This document shows positions 21,014 through 30,075 of a DNA stretch of 32,000 nt, piece by piece. The notes under the pieces were generated by a model, which was given only the letters and a program-made list of their open reading frames with translations, was not told where the DNA came from and made no database searches. The position numbers and the translations under genes are program-made. Source of the stretch: Wolbachia endosymbiont of Dirofilaria (Dirofilaria) immitis (GTDB lineage: Bacteria; Pseudomonadota; Alphaproteobacteria; Rickettsiales; Anaplasmataceae); assembly GCF_013365455.1 (NCBI RefSeq), contig NZ_CP046578.1, forward strand, positions 600,001-632,000. The letters are read 5' to 3'. Position 1 is the stretch's first letter, and each line of letters opens with the position of its first letter.

Positions 21014-21694
21014 ATGGGTATCAAAATTGCACCTTCTATACTTTCAGCAGACTTTGCAAAATTAGGAGAAGAAATAAAAAAAATCAATAGTTTAAGCGTA
21101 GACCATATCCATATAGACGTTATGGATGGAAATTTTGTTCCAAGCATCACAATTGGTCCAGGCGTTATCTCTGCAATACGTAAATACACCAATCTTCCTT
21201 TTGACGTGCACCTAATGATTAAATCTCCTAGTAAACATATTGAAAGCTTCATAAACGCTGGTGCCGATATCATCACTGTACATGCAGAAGCAGAAATACA
21301 TCTTGAGAAACTAATAAAAAAAATAAAATCATATAAAAATGCAAATTCTACAGAAAAAACAGTTCAAGTTGGAGTTTCAATTGCTCCTTCAACTCCTCCT
21401 AGTGTGCTTGAGCACGTAATACATGAACTAGACGTTGTGCTAGTTATGACAGTCAATCCTGGATTTGGTGGACAGAAGTTTATCCATTCACAACTAAGCA
21501 AGATATCAACCGTAAAAAAAATGATACAAGAGCGTGACCTCAAAACACAAATTTCAGTAGATGGTGGAGTTAGCCTTCTAAATGCAGCTGATATAGTGAA
21601 GGCAGGTGCAAACATCTTAGTTGCTGGATCAGCAATATTTAGAGCTGAAAACATGAGAAAGGCTGTCAATGACTTTAAAAAACTATCGTTGTAG
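21014..21694 (+). CDS. rpe: Ribulose-phosphate 3-epimerase
   Basis: IAPSILSADF, HIDVMDGNFVP, DVHLM, VMTVNPGFGGQKF, VDGG and AGSAIF motifs. Confidence 0.9.
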   Translation: MGIKIAPSILSADFAKLGEEIKKINSLSVDHIHIDVMDGNFVPSITIGPGVISAIRKYTNLPFDVHLMIKSPSKHIESFINAGADIITVHAEAEIHLEKLIKKIKSYKNANSTEKTVQVGVSIAPSTPPSVLEHVIHELDVVLVMTVNPGFGGQKFIHSQLSKISTVKKMIQERDLKTQISVDGGVSLLNAADIVKAGANILVAGSAIFRAENMRKAVNDFKKLSL

Positions 21695-21757
21695 TGCAGA
21701 TAATAAAATTTTACCTAGCAAATTAATTCTTAATAAGATAAGACAAAGAATCTACTC

Positions 21758-24025
21758 TTAATAGAAACTTGATGATGAATCATCATTACCGAATTGTGCC
21801 CTATTACTTCTGTTACTTAAGCCAAAACGAGAACGAACAGGACGTTTACGCTGCCCAGATTTTCTATTAAATGGACTATTATAATAACCTCTCTCATTTG
21901 AACCATCTCTCTTATCTTCATTGTAAAGTTCTCCCTCAAAGAACTCACCTGTTTCTTGATCAACACGACGCCTTGATAATTTTGGACATCCACCTTTTTC
22001 AAAGTCAATTACTAACGCTCTGAAAATATCACCATGCTTAAGTATATCTCCAATAGATTCTATATGTTTATTTGCTACTTCACTTATATGCATTTTACCT
22101 CTCCTTCCATTGAGAAGCTCAAGTTCTACAATAGATCTATCTATTTTTATAACCTTGGCATCAACTATAGCACCTTGCTCTAGTTCTGTTATCGAATCAA
22201 TTAGCATATTTTTTGCAATTTTAGCTTCAGTGCTATTCATAGCAAACACAGAAACCTTGCCATCATCCCCTATTTCAACTTTTGCATTACTTTTTTCACA
22301 CACATTCCGTATATTTTTTCCCTTAGCACCAATAGCCACAGAAATTTTATCTTTATCTATGTAAAATGATGTCATTCTTGGTGCATGACTTTTTACATCA
22401 CCACTGTGTTCTGAAATCACTGCATTCATTTTTTCTAAGATATGTAACCTTCCATCCTTTGCTTGCTCTAGAGATTTTCTAACAATTTCAAAACTTATAC
22501 CAGAAATCTTCATATCCATTTGCAGTGCCGTAATCCCTTCACTAGTTCCTGCTACTTTAAAATCCATGTCACCAAGACAGTCTTCATCACCTAATATATC
22601 AGAAAGTACTATATATTCGTTTCTTCCTTTGATAAGGCCCATAGCAATTCCAGCAACAGGAGCCTTTATTGGTACACCTGTATCCATCAAGGCAAGGGAA
22701 GTTCCACAAATCGTTGCCATAGAAGAAGAACCATCCGATTCCAGAATTTCAGATACTACTCTTATTGTATAAGGGAATTCAGATTTATCAGGTAAGACAG
22801 GATAAATTGCTTTCCAAGCAAGTTTACCATGACCAATTTCTCTCCTTCCTGGCGCACGTATAGCAAAAGTTTCTCCAACAGCAAATGAAGGAAAATTATA
22901 ATGTAACATGAAATGCTCACGCCTGTCACCCTCAATATCATCTACAATTTGTTCATCCTGTGTAGTACCAAGAGCAGTAACGACAAGTGCTTGAGTATTA
23001 CCTCTTGTAAATAATGCAGAACCATGAGTTTTAGATAAAATATCAACTTCAATTTCTATTTGGCGTATTTCGTCGTATTTACGGCCATCTATTCTTATTT
23101 TTTTCTTTCTAATTATCTCACGCAATAAGGACCTTTCAAAGGTCCTTATTGCATATATAATTAATCTCTCATCCTTTCCAGCCTCCTTCAAAGTGCTTAA
23201 TATGTCACTTCTAAGCATCTCTAAAGTTCGAGCCCGCTCTTGTTTTGCTGCTTGTGAGTACGCTTTCTCAAAATCTGCACTGTACCTTTCAAGATCTTGT
23301 ATTATATCTGATATATCAATAGAGGCAAACCTTTCAGGTTTACTATCAACTGCGTCAGCAAACACTTTTATAAGCTTAATAACAGGTTGAAGGTGCTCAT
23401 GACCAAATTTCATTGCACTTAGAACCCTTTCTTCAGAGAGCTCTTTTACTTCTGACTCAACCATCAAAATTGAATGCTCGTCACCAGATAAAAACAGATC
23501 TAAGCTACTTACTTTCATCTCTTGAGCAGATGGGTTGAGTATATAATTATTATTTTCATCACAACCAACTAAAGCCCCAGCTATAACAAAGTGAAAAGGA
23601 ACACCAGAAATCGCAAGTGCTGCAACAGTACCAATCAATGCTGGTACCTCAGGAGGATTTATAGTATCATAAGTTAACAAATTGCATACTATACTAATTT
23701 CATCATGAAAACCTTCTGGGAATAGTGGCCTTATACTTCTATCTACTACCCTTGAAATTAATGTTTCTCTATCAGATGGTTTACCTTCCCTTTTTAGAAA
23801 GCCACCAGGGATTCTACCCATGGCATAGCTTTTTGCAATAAATTGCACGTTCAAAGGCAAAAAATCAACATTTTCCTCTCTCTTCTTACGCACAACAGTT
23901 ACCAAAATAGAAGTATCACCATAATTTACAACTACTGAACCATTAGCTTGACGTGCTATTTTCCCTGTTTCCAAAGATAAGGTACGGTTACCCCACTCTA
24001 TGGACTTTCTTATAATTTTAAACAT
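21758..24025 (-). CDS. pnp: Polyribonucleotide nucleotidyltransferase (PNPase)
   Basis: Two RNase PH-like domains, followed by KH and S1 domains, and a basic/Ser-rich C-terminal tail. Sits in conserved rpsO-pnp synteny. Confidence 0.95.
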   Translation of the reverse strand: MFKIIRKSIEWGNRTLSLETGKIARQANGSVVVNYGDTSILVTVVRKKREENVDFLPLNVQFIAKSYAMGRIPGGFLKREGKPSDRETLISRVVDRSIRPLFPEGFHDEISIVCNLLTYDTINPPEVPALIGTVAALAISGVPFHFVIAGALVGCDENNNYILNPSAQEMKVSSLDLFLSGDEHSILMVESEVKELSEERVLSAMKFGHEHLQPVIKLIKVFADAVDSKPERFASIDISDIIQDLERYSADFEKAYSQAAKQERARTLEMLRSDILSTLKEAGKDERLIIYAIRTFERSLLREIIRKKKIRIDGRKYDEIRQIEIEVDILSKTHGSALFTRGNTQALVVTALGTTQDEQIVDDIEGDRREHFMLHYNFPSFAVGETFAIRAPGRREIGHGKLAWKAIYPVLPDKSEFPYTIRVVSEILESDGSSSMATICGTSLALMDTGVPIKAPVAGIAMGLIKGRNEYIVLSDILGDEDCLGDMDFKVAGTSEGITALQMDMKISGISFEIVRKSLEQAKDGRLHILEKMNAVISEHSGDVKSHAPRMTSFYIDKDKISVAIGAKGKNIRNVCEKSNAKVEIGDDGKVSVFAMNSTEAKIAKNMLIDSITELEQGAIVDAKVIKIDRSIVELELLNGRRGKMHISEVANKHIESIGDILKHGDIFRALVIDFEKGGCPKLSRRRVDQETGEFFEGELYNEDKRDGSNERGYYNSPFNRKSGQRKRPVRSRFGLSNRSNRAQFGNDDSSSSFY

Positions 24026-24039
24026 ACTAAATTCCTCAA

Positions 24040-24312
24040 TTATTTTCTGATGCCTAACTTCTCTATTAACTCCTGGTAAGTCTTATTACCAAACTTATGC
24101 TTTATATAATTTAAGTGCTTGCGCCTTCTACCTATTAATATAAGCAAACCACGCTTAGAGTGATAATCATGCTTGTGCACTTTAAAATGCTCAGTCAAGT
24201 TACTGATCCTTTCAGTTAAGATCGCGCACTGTACAAAAGACGAACCTGTATCATTTTCCTTAATTGAATATACATTTACTAAACTCTTTTTCTTCTCAGG
24301 TGTTATTGACAT
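24040..24312 (-). CDS. rpsO: 30S ribosomal protein S15
   Basis: [48 protein letters not shown] is the canonical S15 sequence pattern. Confidence 0.95.
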   Translation of the reverse strand: MSITPEKKKSLVNVYSIKENDTGSSFVQCAILTERISNLTEHFKVHKHDYHSKRGLLILIGRRRKHLNYIKHKFGNKTYQELIEKLGIRK

Positions 24313-24324
24313 CTAAACCTCATT

Positions 24325-25187
24325 TTAAATGTTAAAAAAACAAATAGGCTTTATACAACCATACACAAAACTACAAATCGCAATAGGTACATTATAGACC
24401 ACTACGCAGAAAATATCATAATTCTTTAACTTGCGCAAGTTATTTAATATGACTCCTTTACCTTTTCTGATCTTACTTACTTCTTCTATAGAAACTTCAA
24501 CCTTAAGCATTCTCTCTAAAACTGATCCAATAGGGATAATTTTATCCCTTTAGGTCATCTGCTCAATTATCACCGATTCATCTTCTCTAAAATTACCTAC
24601 CATAATCCTTCTTAATTTTGTAATATATCCAAAACAATTTAACGTAATTCCAAGATCTCTTACAATTGATCTTACATATACACCACCACATATCATAGAA
24701 AAGTCAGCACTATTATTTATGGCATCAACAGATATCAATTTCAGCTCATATATTTGCACTAGGCGAGGCTTTACATTTGCTTTTTGTCCTCTTCTTGCTA
24801 ATTTATATGCCCTTGTTTCATTAACTTTTATTGCTGAAAATTGAGGAGGAACCTGTATTATCTTACCAACAAAGTTCTTGATAGCATGATTTATTTGATC
24901 TCACCCAGGTTCTATATCACTGACTTTGATAATATCACCATTTACATCATCTGTAGTTCTCCGCTCACCCCATTTTACTGTGAAATTATACACCTTCAAA
25001 CCACAAAATAAATACGGTATAGTTTTTGTTGCCTAACCGAGAGCAATCAGCATACACCTGAAGCTAAAGGGTCAAGTGTTCCTAAATGACCAGCTTTTCT
25101 GGTTCTAAACATCTCTCTAACTCGTACTACTGCTTACGTAGAACTAATTCCTACTGGTTTATCAAGATTCAACCAGCCATGTGTCAT
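24325..25187 (-). pseudogene. truB: tRNA pseudouridine(55) synthase, disrupted by multiple stops and a frameshift
   Basis: From ATG 25187: [44 protein letters not shown], with TAA at 25134-25136. A frameshift follows, then [34 protein letters not shown]...[29 protein letters not shown]...IEQMT*, with TAA at 24550-24552. The C-terminal part then continues in the same frame. TruB motifs (GHxGTLDP, QxPPxxSAxK) are recognisable, but I count at least 5 lesions. Confidence 0.85.
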
Positions 25188-25280
25188 ACACTAATTATAC
25201 ATAATTAAATCAACCTATAATAGATAATAATTTAGGAAACAGCTCTAAAACAGTTATCATTAAACTACTATAAATAAAGC

Positions 25281-25309
25281 TTGACTAACATATGTCGTTA
25301 GTATAAAGT
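25281..25309 (+). promoter_or_regulatory. Candidate sigma-70-type promoter for the 25345 gene
   Basis: TTGACT at 25281-25286. TAAAGT follows at 17-nt spacing, or TATAAA at 15-nt spacing, about 35-40 nt upstream of the ATG. Sequence-pattern evidence only, and the background is AT-rich. Confidence 0.35.
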
Positions 25310-25344
25310 TAACTTTTTATTAACTTTAATTGGAGGAAGTTATT

Positions 25345-26058
25345 ATGAATACAAAACCAAGTATATGGAAGTGGGAAAACACTGCATCTGTAGCAAAAAC
25401 AAGCATTGAAGGTATAGTTGTAGTTGCATCTTTAGCAGCCGCAATAACAACAATATTAGTTACTACTAACGTAATTGTTGGACCTGAATTCTTAGCATCT
25501 GTTGCTAACCCCATAGGAATTGGAGTTTTACTTGTCCTCGCTATATATTTTACTGTAAAAGCTATTTCTTCGTATCAGCAAATTTATGCAATGGAGGGAG
25601 TTCAAGGTAAAGCTGGTAGAGATGGTAAAGATGCAAGCTTTGCTGCTCTTATCAGCGATGCGATAAAGAGTGGTGAAATTATTGAAAAAAAGGTTCAAGG
25701 AACAGATGGTAAAGATACTAAACAGTTATTTCTAGTACTTCCAATTAATGATTATAAAACACTAGTAGGAAATGATAAAAAAGGAGTTCATGTATTGGTA
25801 GCAGGTAAAAAAGTTGAAGTTGAGCTCGCACACGTAGATCCTAAAGATGATGCTAGTGAATATAAAGTAAAAGTAACTAAGGTAGGTGGTAAAGATCAAC
25901 TTACTGACATGAAAACAGAACTAGGTATGAGTAATTCTAACTCACTGAAAGTTGCGGTAAGCAATCAAGATCTAAAAGCTTTAAGAGCTAATATATCAGC
26001 TAAGCTAGTAGATGTTGCAGTAGAGGCAGCTATAGAAAAAACCGGGAAAGCAGCTTAA
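25345..26058 (+). CDS. Hypothetical membrane protein with an N-terminal bilobed (hairpin) hydrophobic domain and a short Gly-X-Y run
   Basis: A GGAGG ribosome-binding site lies 8 nt before ATG 25345 (the track's TTG 25330 would contain the RBS). Two hydrophobic segments (GIVVVASLAAAITTILVTTNVIVG and IGIGVLLVLAIYFTVKAI) are separated by a 10-aa loop. The run GVQGKAGRDGKD follows. A perfect terminator lies downstream. Confidence 0.75.
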   Translation: MNTKPSIWKWENTASVAKTSIEGIVVVASLAAAITTILVTTNVIVGPEFLASVANPIGIGVLLVLAIYFTVKAISSYQQIYAMEGVQGKAGRDGKDASFAALISDAIKSGEIIEKKVQGTDGKDTKQLFLVLPINDYKTLVGNDKKGVHVLVAGKKVEVELAHVDPKDDASEYKVKVTKVGGKDQLTDMKTELGMSNSNSLKVAVSNQDLKALRANISAKLVDVAVEAAIEKTGKAA

Positions 26059-26066
26059 GGCTAGGA

Positions 26067-26106
26067 AGTAAAGAGGTAGCATACTACCTCTTTACTTTTA
26101 TTTTTA
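26067..26106 (+). terminator. Rho-independent terminator
   Basis: A perfect 13-bp stem, AGTAAAGAGGTAG (26067-26079) with CTACCTCTTTACT (26084-26096), a CATA loop, then TTTATTTTT. It begins 9 nt after the stop codon. Confidence 0.8.
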
Positions 26107-26607
26107 GATCTAAAGTTTTACAATAACTTACCTTAAATCTCAACTATTTTCTTATTAAAATCTAATTATCCCTGTTTTTTAGACAAGTTATCCAATTCTT
26201 TATCAGTAAAGGTTTGCTCAGGTACTCCTCTACAATATATCATCTTAGCAATTAGACACTCAGATCCAGGAAAGTTTACTAGCCTATAAGCAAACTAATT
26301 TAATAAACATAAAAAGTAGCTGATTTTACATTAAAATATAACATTTTTGATAATTATAAAGAGCTAGATTCTAATGTATAACATTAGAATGATACCATCC
26401 AGTGCAAAAGTAAATGCTTATACATAAACTTCTTTAACTATAAATATTCAGAAGTTTTTTTAATAAAAAAGGCAAAAAACCACATATTAGATAGTTGTTT
26501 ACTCCCAACTTTGCAATTGATATCATATATTGTTCTAAATACTTTATAGCTGTATAATAAAACATAAGCTAGAAAAAAATTTTCAAGTATTTTTTCACTT
26601 CTACTAG

Positions 26608-27795
26608 TTACTTGTATATATCTAAGGCGTTTTTCTTATAGATATCGTACCAACAATCCACTATTTTTTTTATGTCTTGTGGCTTGGTTTGTGGACCTAT
26701 ACTGATCCTAACTGAACACTTTGCTTGCTCCTTTGTTGCTCCCATTGCAAGTAACACATAAGAAGGCTCAATTTTTCCAGATGAGCATGCAGAGCCATTA
26801 CTAACCGCAATGTTATTTAAATCAAAATGCATAAGCTGCACATCACTCTTTACTCCTGGCATATAAACAAAACTTGTGTTTGGTAATCTTTTAGAGTTTT
26901 TACCAAAGATTTTAATGCTACTAACAAGATTTAATAACTTACTCTCTAATTGATCACGTAGTTTCCTGATTTCATTCATTTTTAATAGAAGATCTGGAAT
27001 GCTTTGTAATGCAGCAAAAAGACTTGCAATTGCAACAACATTTTCTGTACCACCACGCAATCCTTTTTCTTGCCCACCACCTACTATTATAGGTTCTATT
27101 ACAAGTTTTTTATTGAATATTAAAGCCCCACTACCCACTATACCACCAAATTTGTGGGCAGATAAAGTAAGTAAATCTACTCCTAAATCTTCCATGCTAA
27201 CTTCAATCTTTCCAACACTTTGAGCAGCATCGGTGTGACAGATTGCTCCAAATCTATGTGCTATCTCAGCTATTTCCTTAATAGGCTGAATAACTCCAGT
27301 TTCATTATTAGCCATCATAACTGAAACTATTACCCTATTTCCCTCAAGTTTGCCTAGGATCTTTTCTAACTCTAAAAGATCAACGGTACCTTCTTGATTA
27401 ACGGGTACTATATGTGGGTTATACACAGAATTAAGAATTGAAGGATGCTCTATAGCTGAAACTACATGCTGAAAGCCTGTTACCCCTCGCATAACAAGGT
27501 TATTTGCTTCAGTTGCTCCAGATGTAAAAACTACTTCCTTATCACTTGAAACATCAATTATATTATATATAGCATCTCTTGCATCCTGAAGAATCTTTCT
27601 TGTTTCTTGCCCCTTTCTATGCAACGACGAAGGATTCAGAATCTGTTTTGACAAGACTTCGAATATACTTTTCCTTACACCATCACTAATCGGAGAAGTC
27701 GCGTTATAGTCAGCATATATATAATCACTACTTTTCAAGAAAAATGAACCTAGAGGTTTATTTGCCATTGAATTATAAAAGCTCCTCTTTACCAT
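26608..27795 (-). CDS. Cysteine desulfurase (class V aminotransferase, NifS/IscS family)
   Basis: PLP-lysine motif SAHKFGG, the active-site cysteine loop SNGSACSSG, and a GGGQEKGLRGGTEN motif. Confidence 0.9.
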   Translation of the reverse strand: MVKRSFYNSMANKPLGSFFLKSSDYIYADYNATSPISDGVRKSIFEVLSKQILNPSSLHRKGQETRKILQDARDAIYNIIDVSSDKEVVFTSGATEANNLVMRGVTGFQHVVSAIEHPSILNSVYNPHIVPVNQEGTVDLLELEKILGKLEGNRVIVSVMMANNETGVIQPIKEIAEIAHRFGAICHTDAAQSVGKIEVSMEDLGVDLLTLSAHKFGGIVGSGALIFNKKLVIEPIIVGGGQEKGLRGGTENVVAIASLFAALQSIPDLLLKMNEIRKLRDQLESKLLNLVSSIKIFGKNSKRLPNTSFVYMPGVKSDVQLMHFDLNNIAVSNGSACSSGKIEPSYVLLAMGATKEQAKCSVRISIGPQTKPQDIKKIVDCWYDIYKKNALDIYK

Positions 27796-27902
27796 TAAAA
27801 TTATGCATATTAGCTTTAATATGACAAAATCTTATTGCAAAAACAGTAAGATTAATACATAATTAATATATTTGTTAAACAGTTTTTTTATTAGGAGCAA
27901 AA

Positions 27903-28601
27903 GTGGTAGAAGTTTTTTTAAACAATGCAACAAAAAAGATAGAAGGTGAGTATTACCAAAGCAAAAACACTAATGCACCAGTTGTATTAATTCTACATCA
28001 TCATCCTCAATATGGAGGAAATATGGACAGTAAAATGGTACACGGCATATATACATCTTTTATCGACAATAACTTTTCTGCATTGAAAATTAACTTTCGT
28101 GGAGTGGGAAAATCTACTGGAACTTTTGATAAGGGCATAGGAGAATTAACTGACGCTGCAGTAGCGATTGATTGGCTTCAAGAACATAATCCTAGTAATG
28201 TTCCAATCTGGGTTGCTGGGTTCTCTTTTGGAGCATGGGTTGCTATGCAGCTAACTATGCGCCGACCTGAGATAGTAGGTTTTATTGCTCTTTCTCTTCC
28301 AGCAACCAAATATGATTTCTCTTTTCTTTCTCCCTGTCCAGTCCCTGGACTCATAATACAAAGTAGCAACGATACAATTTCAGAAGAAGGTGATATAACA
28401 GAACTAACAAAAAGATTAATAAATTCAGTAAAAAGTGACCATATGGAGTACCATATAATAGACAATACTAATCACTTCTTAAGAGATAAAGAAGAGGAGG
28501 TAGTGCAAATCATAGACGATTACATAAAACTACGCTTAAATAGTGCAGCTATTTCTCTCCGAAAGGTAAGAAAAGAAGCACAAATAAAAGAGTATGTCTA
28601 A
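27903..28601 (+). CDS. Alpha/beta hydrolase (COG2945-like)
   Basis: AGGAG lies 5 nt before GTG 27903. HHHPQYGGNMDSKMV, INFRGVGKSTGTFDKGIGELTDA and the nucleophile elbow GFSFGA are present. Confidence 0.8.
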   Translation: MVEVFLNNATKKIEGEYYQSKNTNAPVVLILHHHPQYGGNMDSKMVHGIYTSFIDNNFSALKINFRGVGKSTGTFDKGIGELTDAAVAIDWLQEHNPSNVPIWVAGFSFGAWVAMQLTMRRPEIVGFIALSLPATKYDFSFLSPCPVPGLIIQSSNDTISEEGDITELTKRLINSVKSDHMEYHIIDNTNHFLRDKEEEVVQIIDDYIKLRLNSAAISLRKVRKEAQIKEYV

Positions 28602-28656
28602 TCTTTACAAGTAAGAAAAATAAGTGTAGTAATAACGTAAGTAAGGAGGTTTTATT

Positions 28657-28830
28657 GTGTTCAAGAAATTATTATTTCTTACTCTAGCCATATTTATGTT
28701 ATCAGGATGTCTCTTAAGTAAGCCACGCAAGTTAAAAAGTCCATGTATCAGAAGTAACGAAAGTACTTCATGTAAATTATACTCTGTTAATGAACATTGG
28801 TTAAGCAAGTACAAGGCAAATAGATCATAA
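28657..28830 (+). CDS. Small putative lipoprotein (57 aa), absent from the ORF track (below the length cutoff)
   Basis: AAGGAGG lies 7 nt before GTG 28657. Translation is VFKKLLFLTLAIFMLSGCLLSKPRKLKSPCIRSNESTSCKLYSVNEHWLSKYKANRS*. It has a signal peptide with a lipobox (L-S-G-C). The antisense track ORF 28605..28814 has no ribosome-binding site or recognisable features. Confidence 0.55.
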   Translation: MFKKLLFLTLAIFMLSGCLLSKPRKLKSPCIRSNESTSCKLYSVNEHWLSKYKANRS

Positions 28831-28847
28831 TTCTATATCATGTTTCT

Positions 28848-29522
28848 TTACAATTTTACTAAAGATCCATTTTCTAGACGTAAAATATAGTCTGCCCTTT
28901 CTGCAAGAAGATGATTGTGTGTAACCATAAGCATAGAACTATTATTTTCCTTTACATATGAATATAACAACAAAAACACATTCAAAGAATTTGTTGGATC
29001 CAAGTTCCCTGTTGGTTCATCTGCAAGTAAAAGCCTTGGAGAATTTACAACGCTCCTTGCAATTGCAATTCTTTGCCTTTCTCCACCAGAAATTTCAGAT
29101 ATCATACTACTTGCCTTGCTTTCTAGGCTAAATTTTTCCAATATTGTTTGCGCACTCTTCATTGCTTCAGCTCTACTTCTTCCTGCAATCAGCTGAGGAA
29201 GCATAATATTTTCTAATATCGATAATTCTTGCAGCAAATAATGAAATTGATAAACAAAGCTAAGAAAATTTCTTCTTATATAAGTTCTATATTTATCGCT
29301 AGCTTGTGTACAATTCATTCCATCTACTGCCACGATACCTGAAGTTGGCTTATCCAGTAAACCCGCAATTTGCAGTATAGTTGTTTTTCCTGACCCTGAA
29401 CTACCAATTAATGCAACTATTTGCCCTCTTGCAACCCTTAGGCTGATATTTTCTATAGCAATAAAACTCTTTTTAAAGCTTTTGCCTACAGAAATTAGCT
29501 CTAGCACTACACCATCACTCAT
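28848..29522 (-). CDS. lolD: Lipoprotein-releasing system ATP-binding protein
   Basis: Walker A GSSGSGKTT, ABC signature ISGGERQRIAIAR, Walker B LLLADEPTGNLD. Length and N-terminus are typical of LolD. Confidence 0.85.
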   Translation of the reverse strand: MSDGVVLELISVGKSFKKSFIAIENISLRVARGQIVALIGSSGSGKTTILQIAGLLDKPTSGIVAVDGMNCTQASDKYRTYIRRNFLSFVYQFHYLLQELSILENIMLPQLIAGRSRAEAMKSAQTILEKFSLESKASSMISEISGGERQRIAIARSVVNSPRLLLADEPTGNLDPTNSLNVFLLLYSYVKENNSSMLMVTHNHLLAERADYILRLENGSLVKL

Positions 29523-29563
29523 GTTTAAAAGACCTAGTAGTTACTTAAATTCTAGTAAAGTAA

Positions 29564-30028
29564 TTAAATTGAAAAACTACTACCACAGCCACATCGAGAC
29601 TTAGCAAGAGCATTGTTTATTTGGAAACCAGAGCCACTGAGATTCTCAGTATAATCTATAATTGAGTTATTCAAAAACTTTGCCGAACAATTATCAATCA
29701 TTAATACAGGCTTTCCATTCTCATCATTAACTATTATATCTTTGCCTTTTTTACTAAAATTAGAGTGGTCTTTATAGTCTTCGCTATCTTCATAATCATC
29801 ATCTTCATCATCATCAAATTCATCATCATAATCATAATCATCATCGTCACCACCTAAAGATATATTTTTGTTTATTTGCTCCATAAGAAAATTGTATTTG
29901 AAGCCAGAACATCCACCACCTGAAATTGCAATTCGCAAAACAGAGTTCTTATTTTTTTCCTGCTCTATAAGAGAGTAGATTTTCTTTATTGCACTATCAG
30001 TTAAGTTAATATTGTAATTTATTGACAT
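29564..30028 (-). CDS. erpA: Iron-sulfur cluster insertion protein (HesB/IscA/ErpA family) with an internal acidic insertion
   Basis: GGGCSGFKYNF and the C-terminal CGCGSSFSI are family hallmarks. The ATG at 30028 (MSINYN...) is preferred over the GTG at 30040. The insertion is DDDDYDYDDEFDDDEDDDYEDSEDYKD at about 29768-29848. Confidence 0.85.
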   Translation of the reverse strand: MSINYNINLTDSAIKKIYSLIEQEKNKNSVLRIAISGGGCSGFKYNFLMEQINKNISLGGDDDDYDYDDEFDDDEDDDYEDSEDYKDHSNFSKKGKDIIVNDENGKPVLMIDNCSAKFLNNSIIDYTENLSGSGFQINNALAKSRCGCGSSFSI

Positions 30029-30075
30029 AACCACCGCCACTTATTATTAATAACTCATTATAGTAGAAATTTTAC

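Noticed and set aside
21758-21960. Arg/Ser/Asn-rich C-terminal tail of PNPase, about 60 aa beyond the S1 domain
   Set aside because: As far as I recall, PNPases of Rickettsiales are commonly about 750-800 aa with such tails, so this is probably a normal lineage feature.
26368-26390. Perfect 10-bp inverted repeat ATTCTAATGT-ATA-ACATTAGAAT in the spacer
   Set aside because: It is AT-rich with no flanking T-run on either strand and no adjacent gene end. It cannot be distinguished from a chance palindrome in AT-rich DNA.
28605-28814. 69-aa minus-strand ORF between the hydrolase and lolD
   Set aside because: It has no RBS and no recognisable features. The opposite strand carries an SD-led lipoprotein ORF that better explains the interval.
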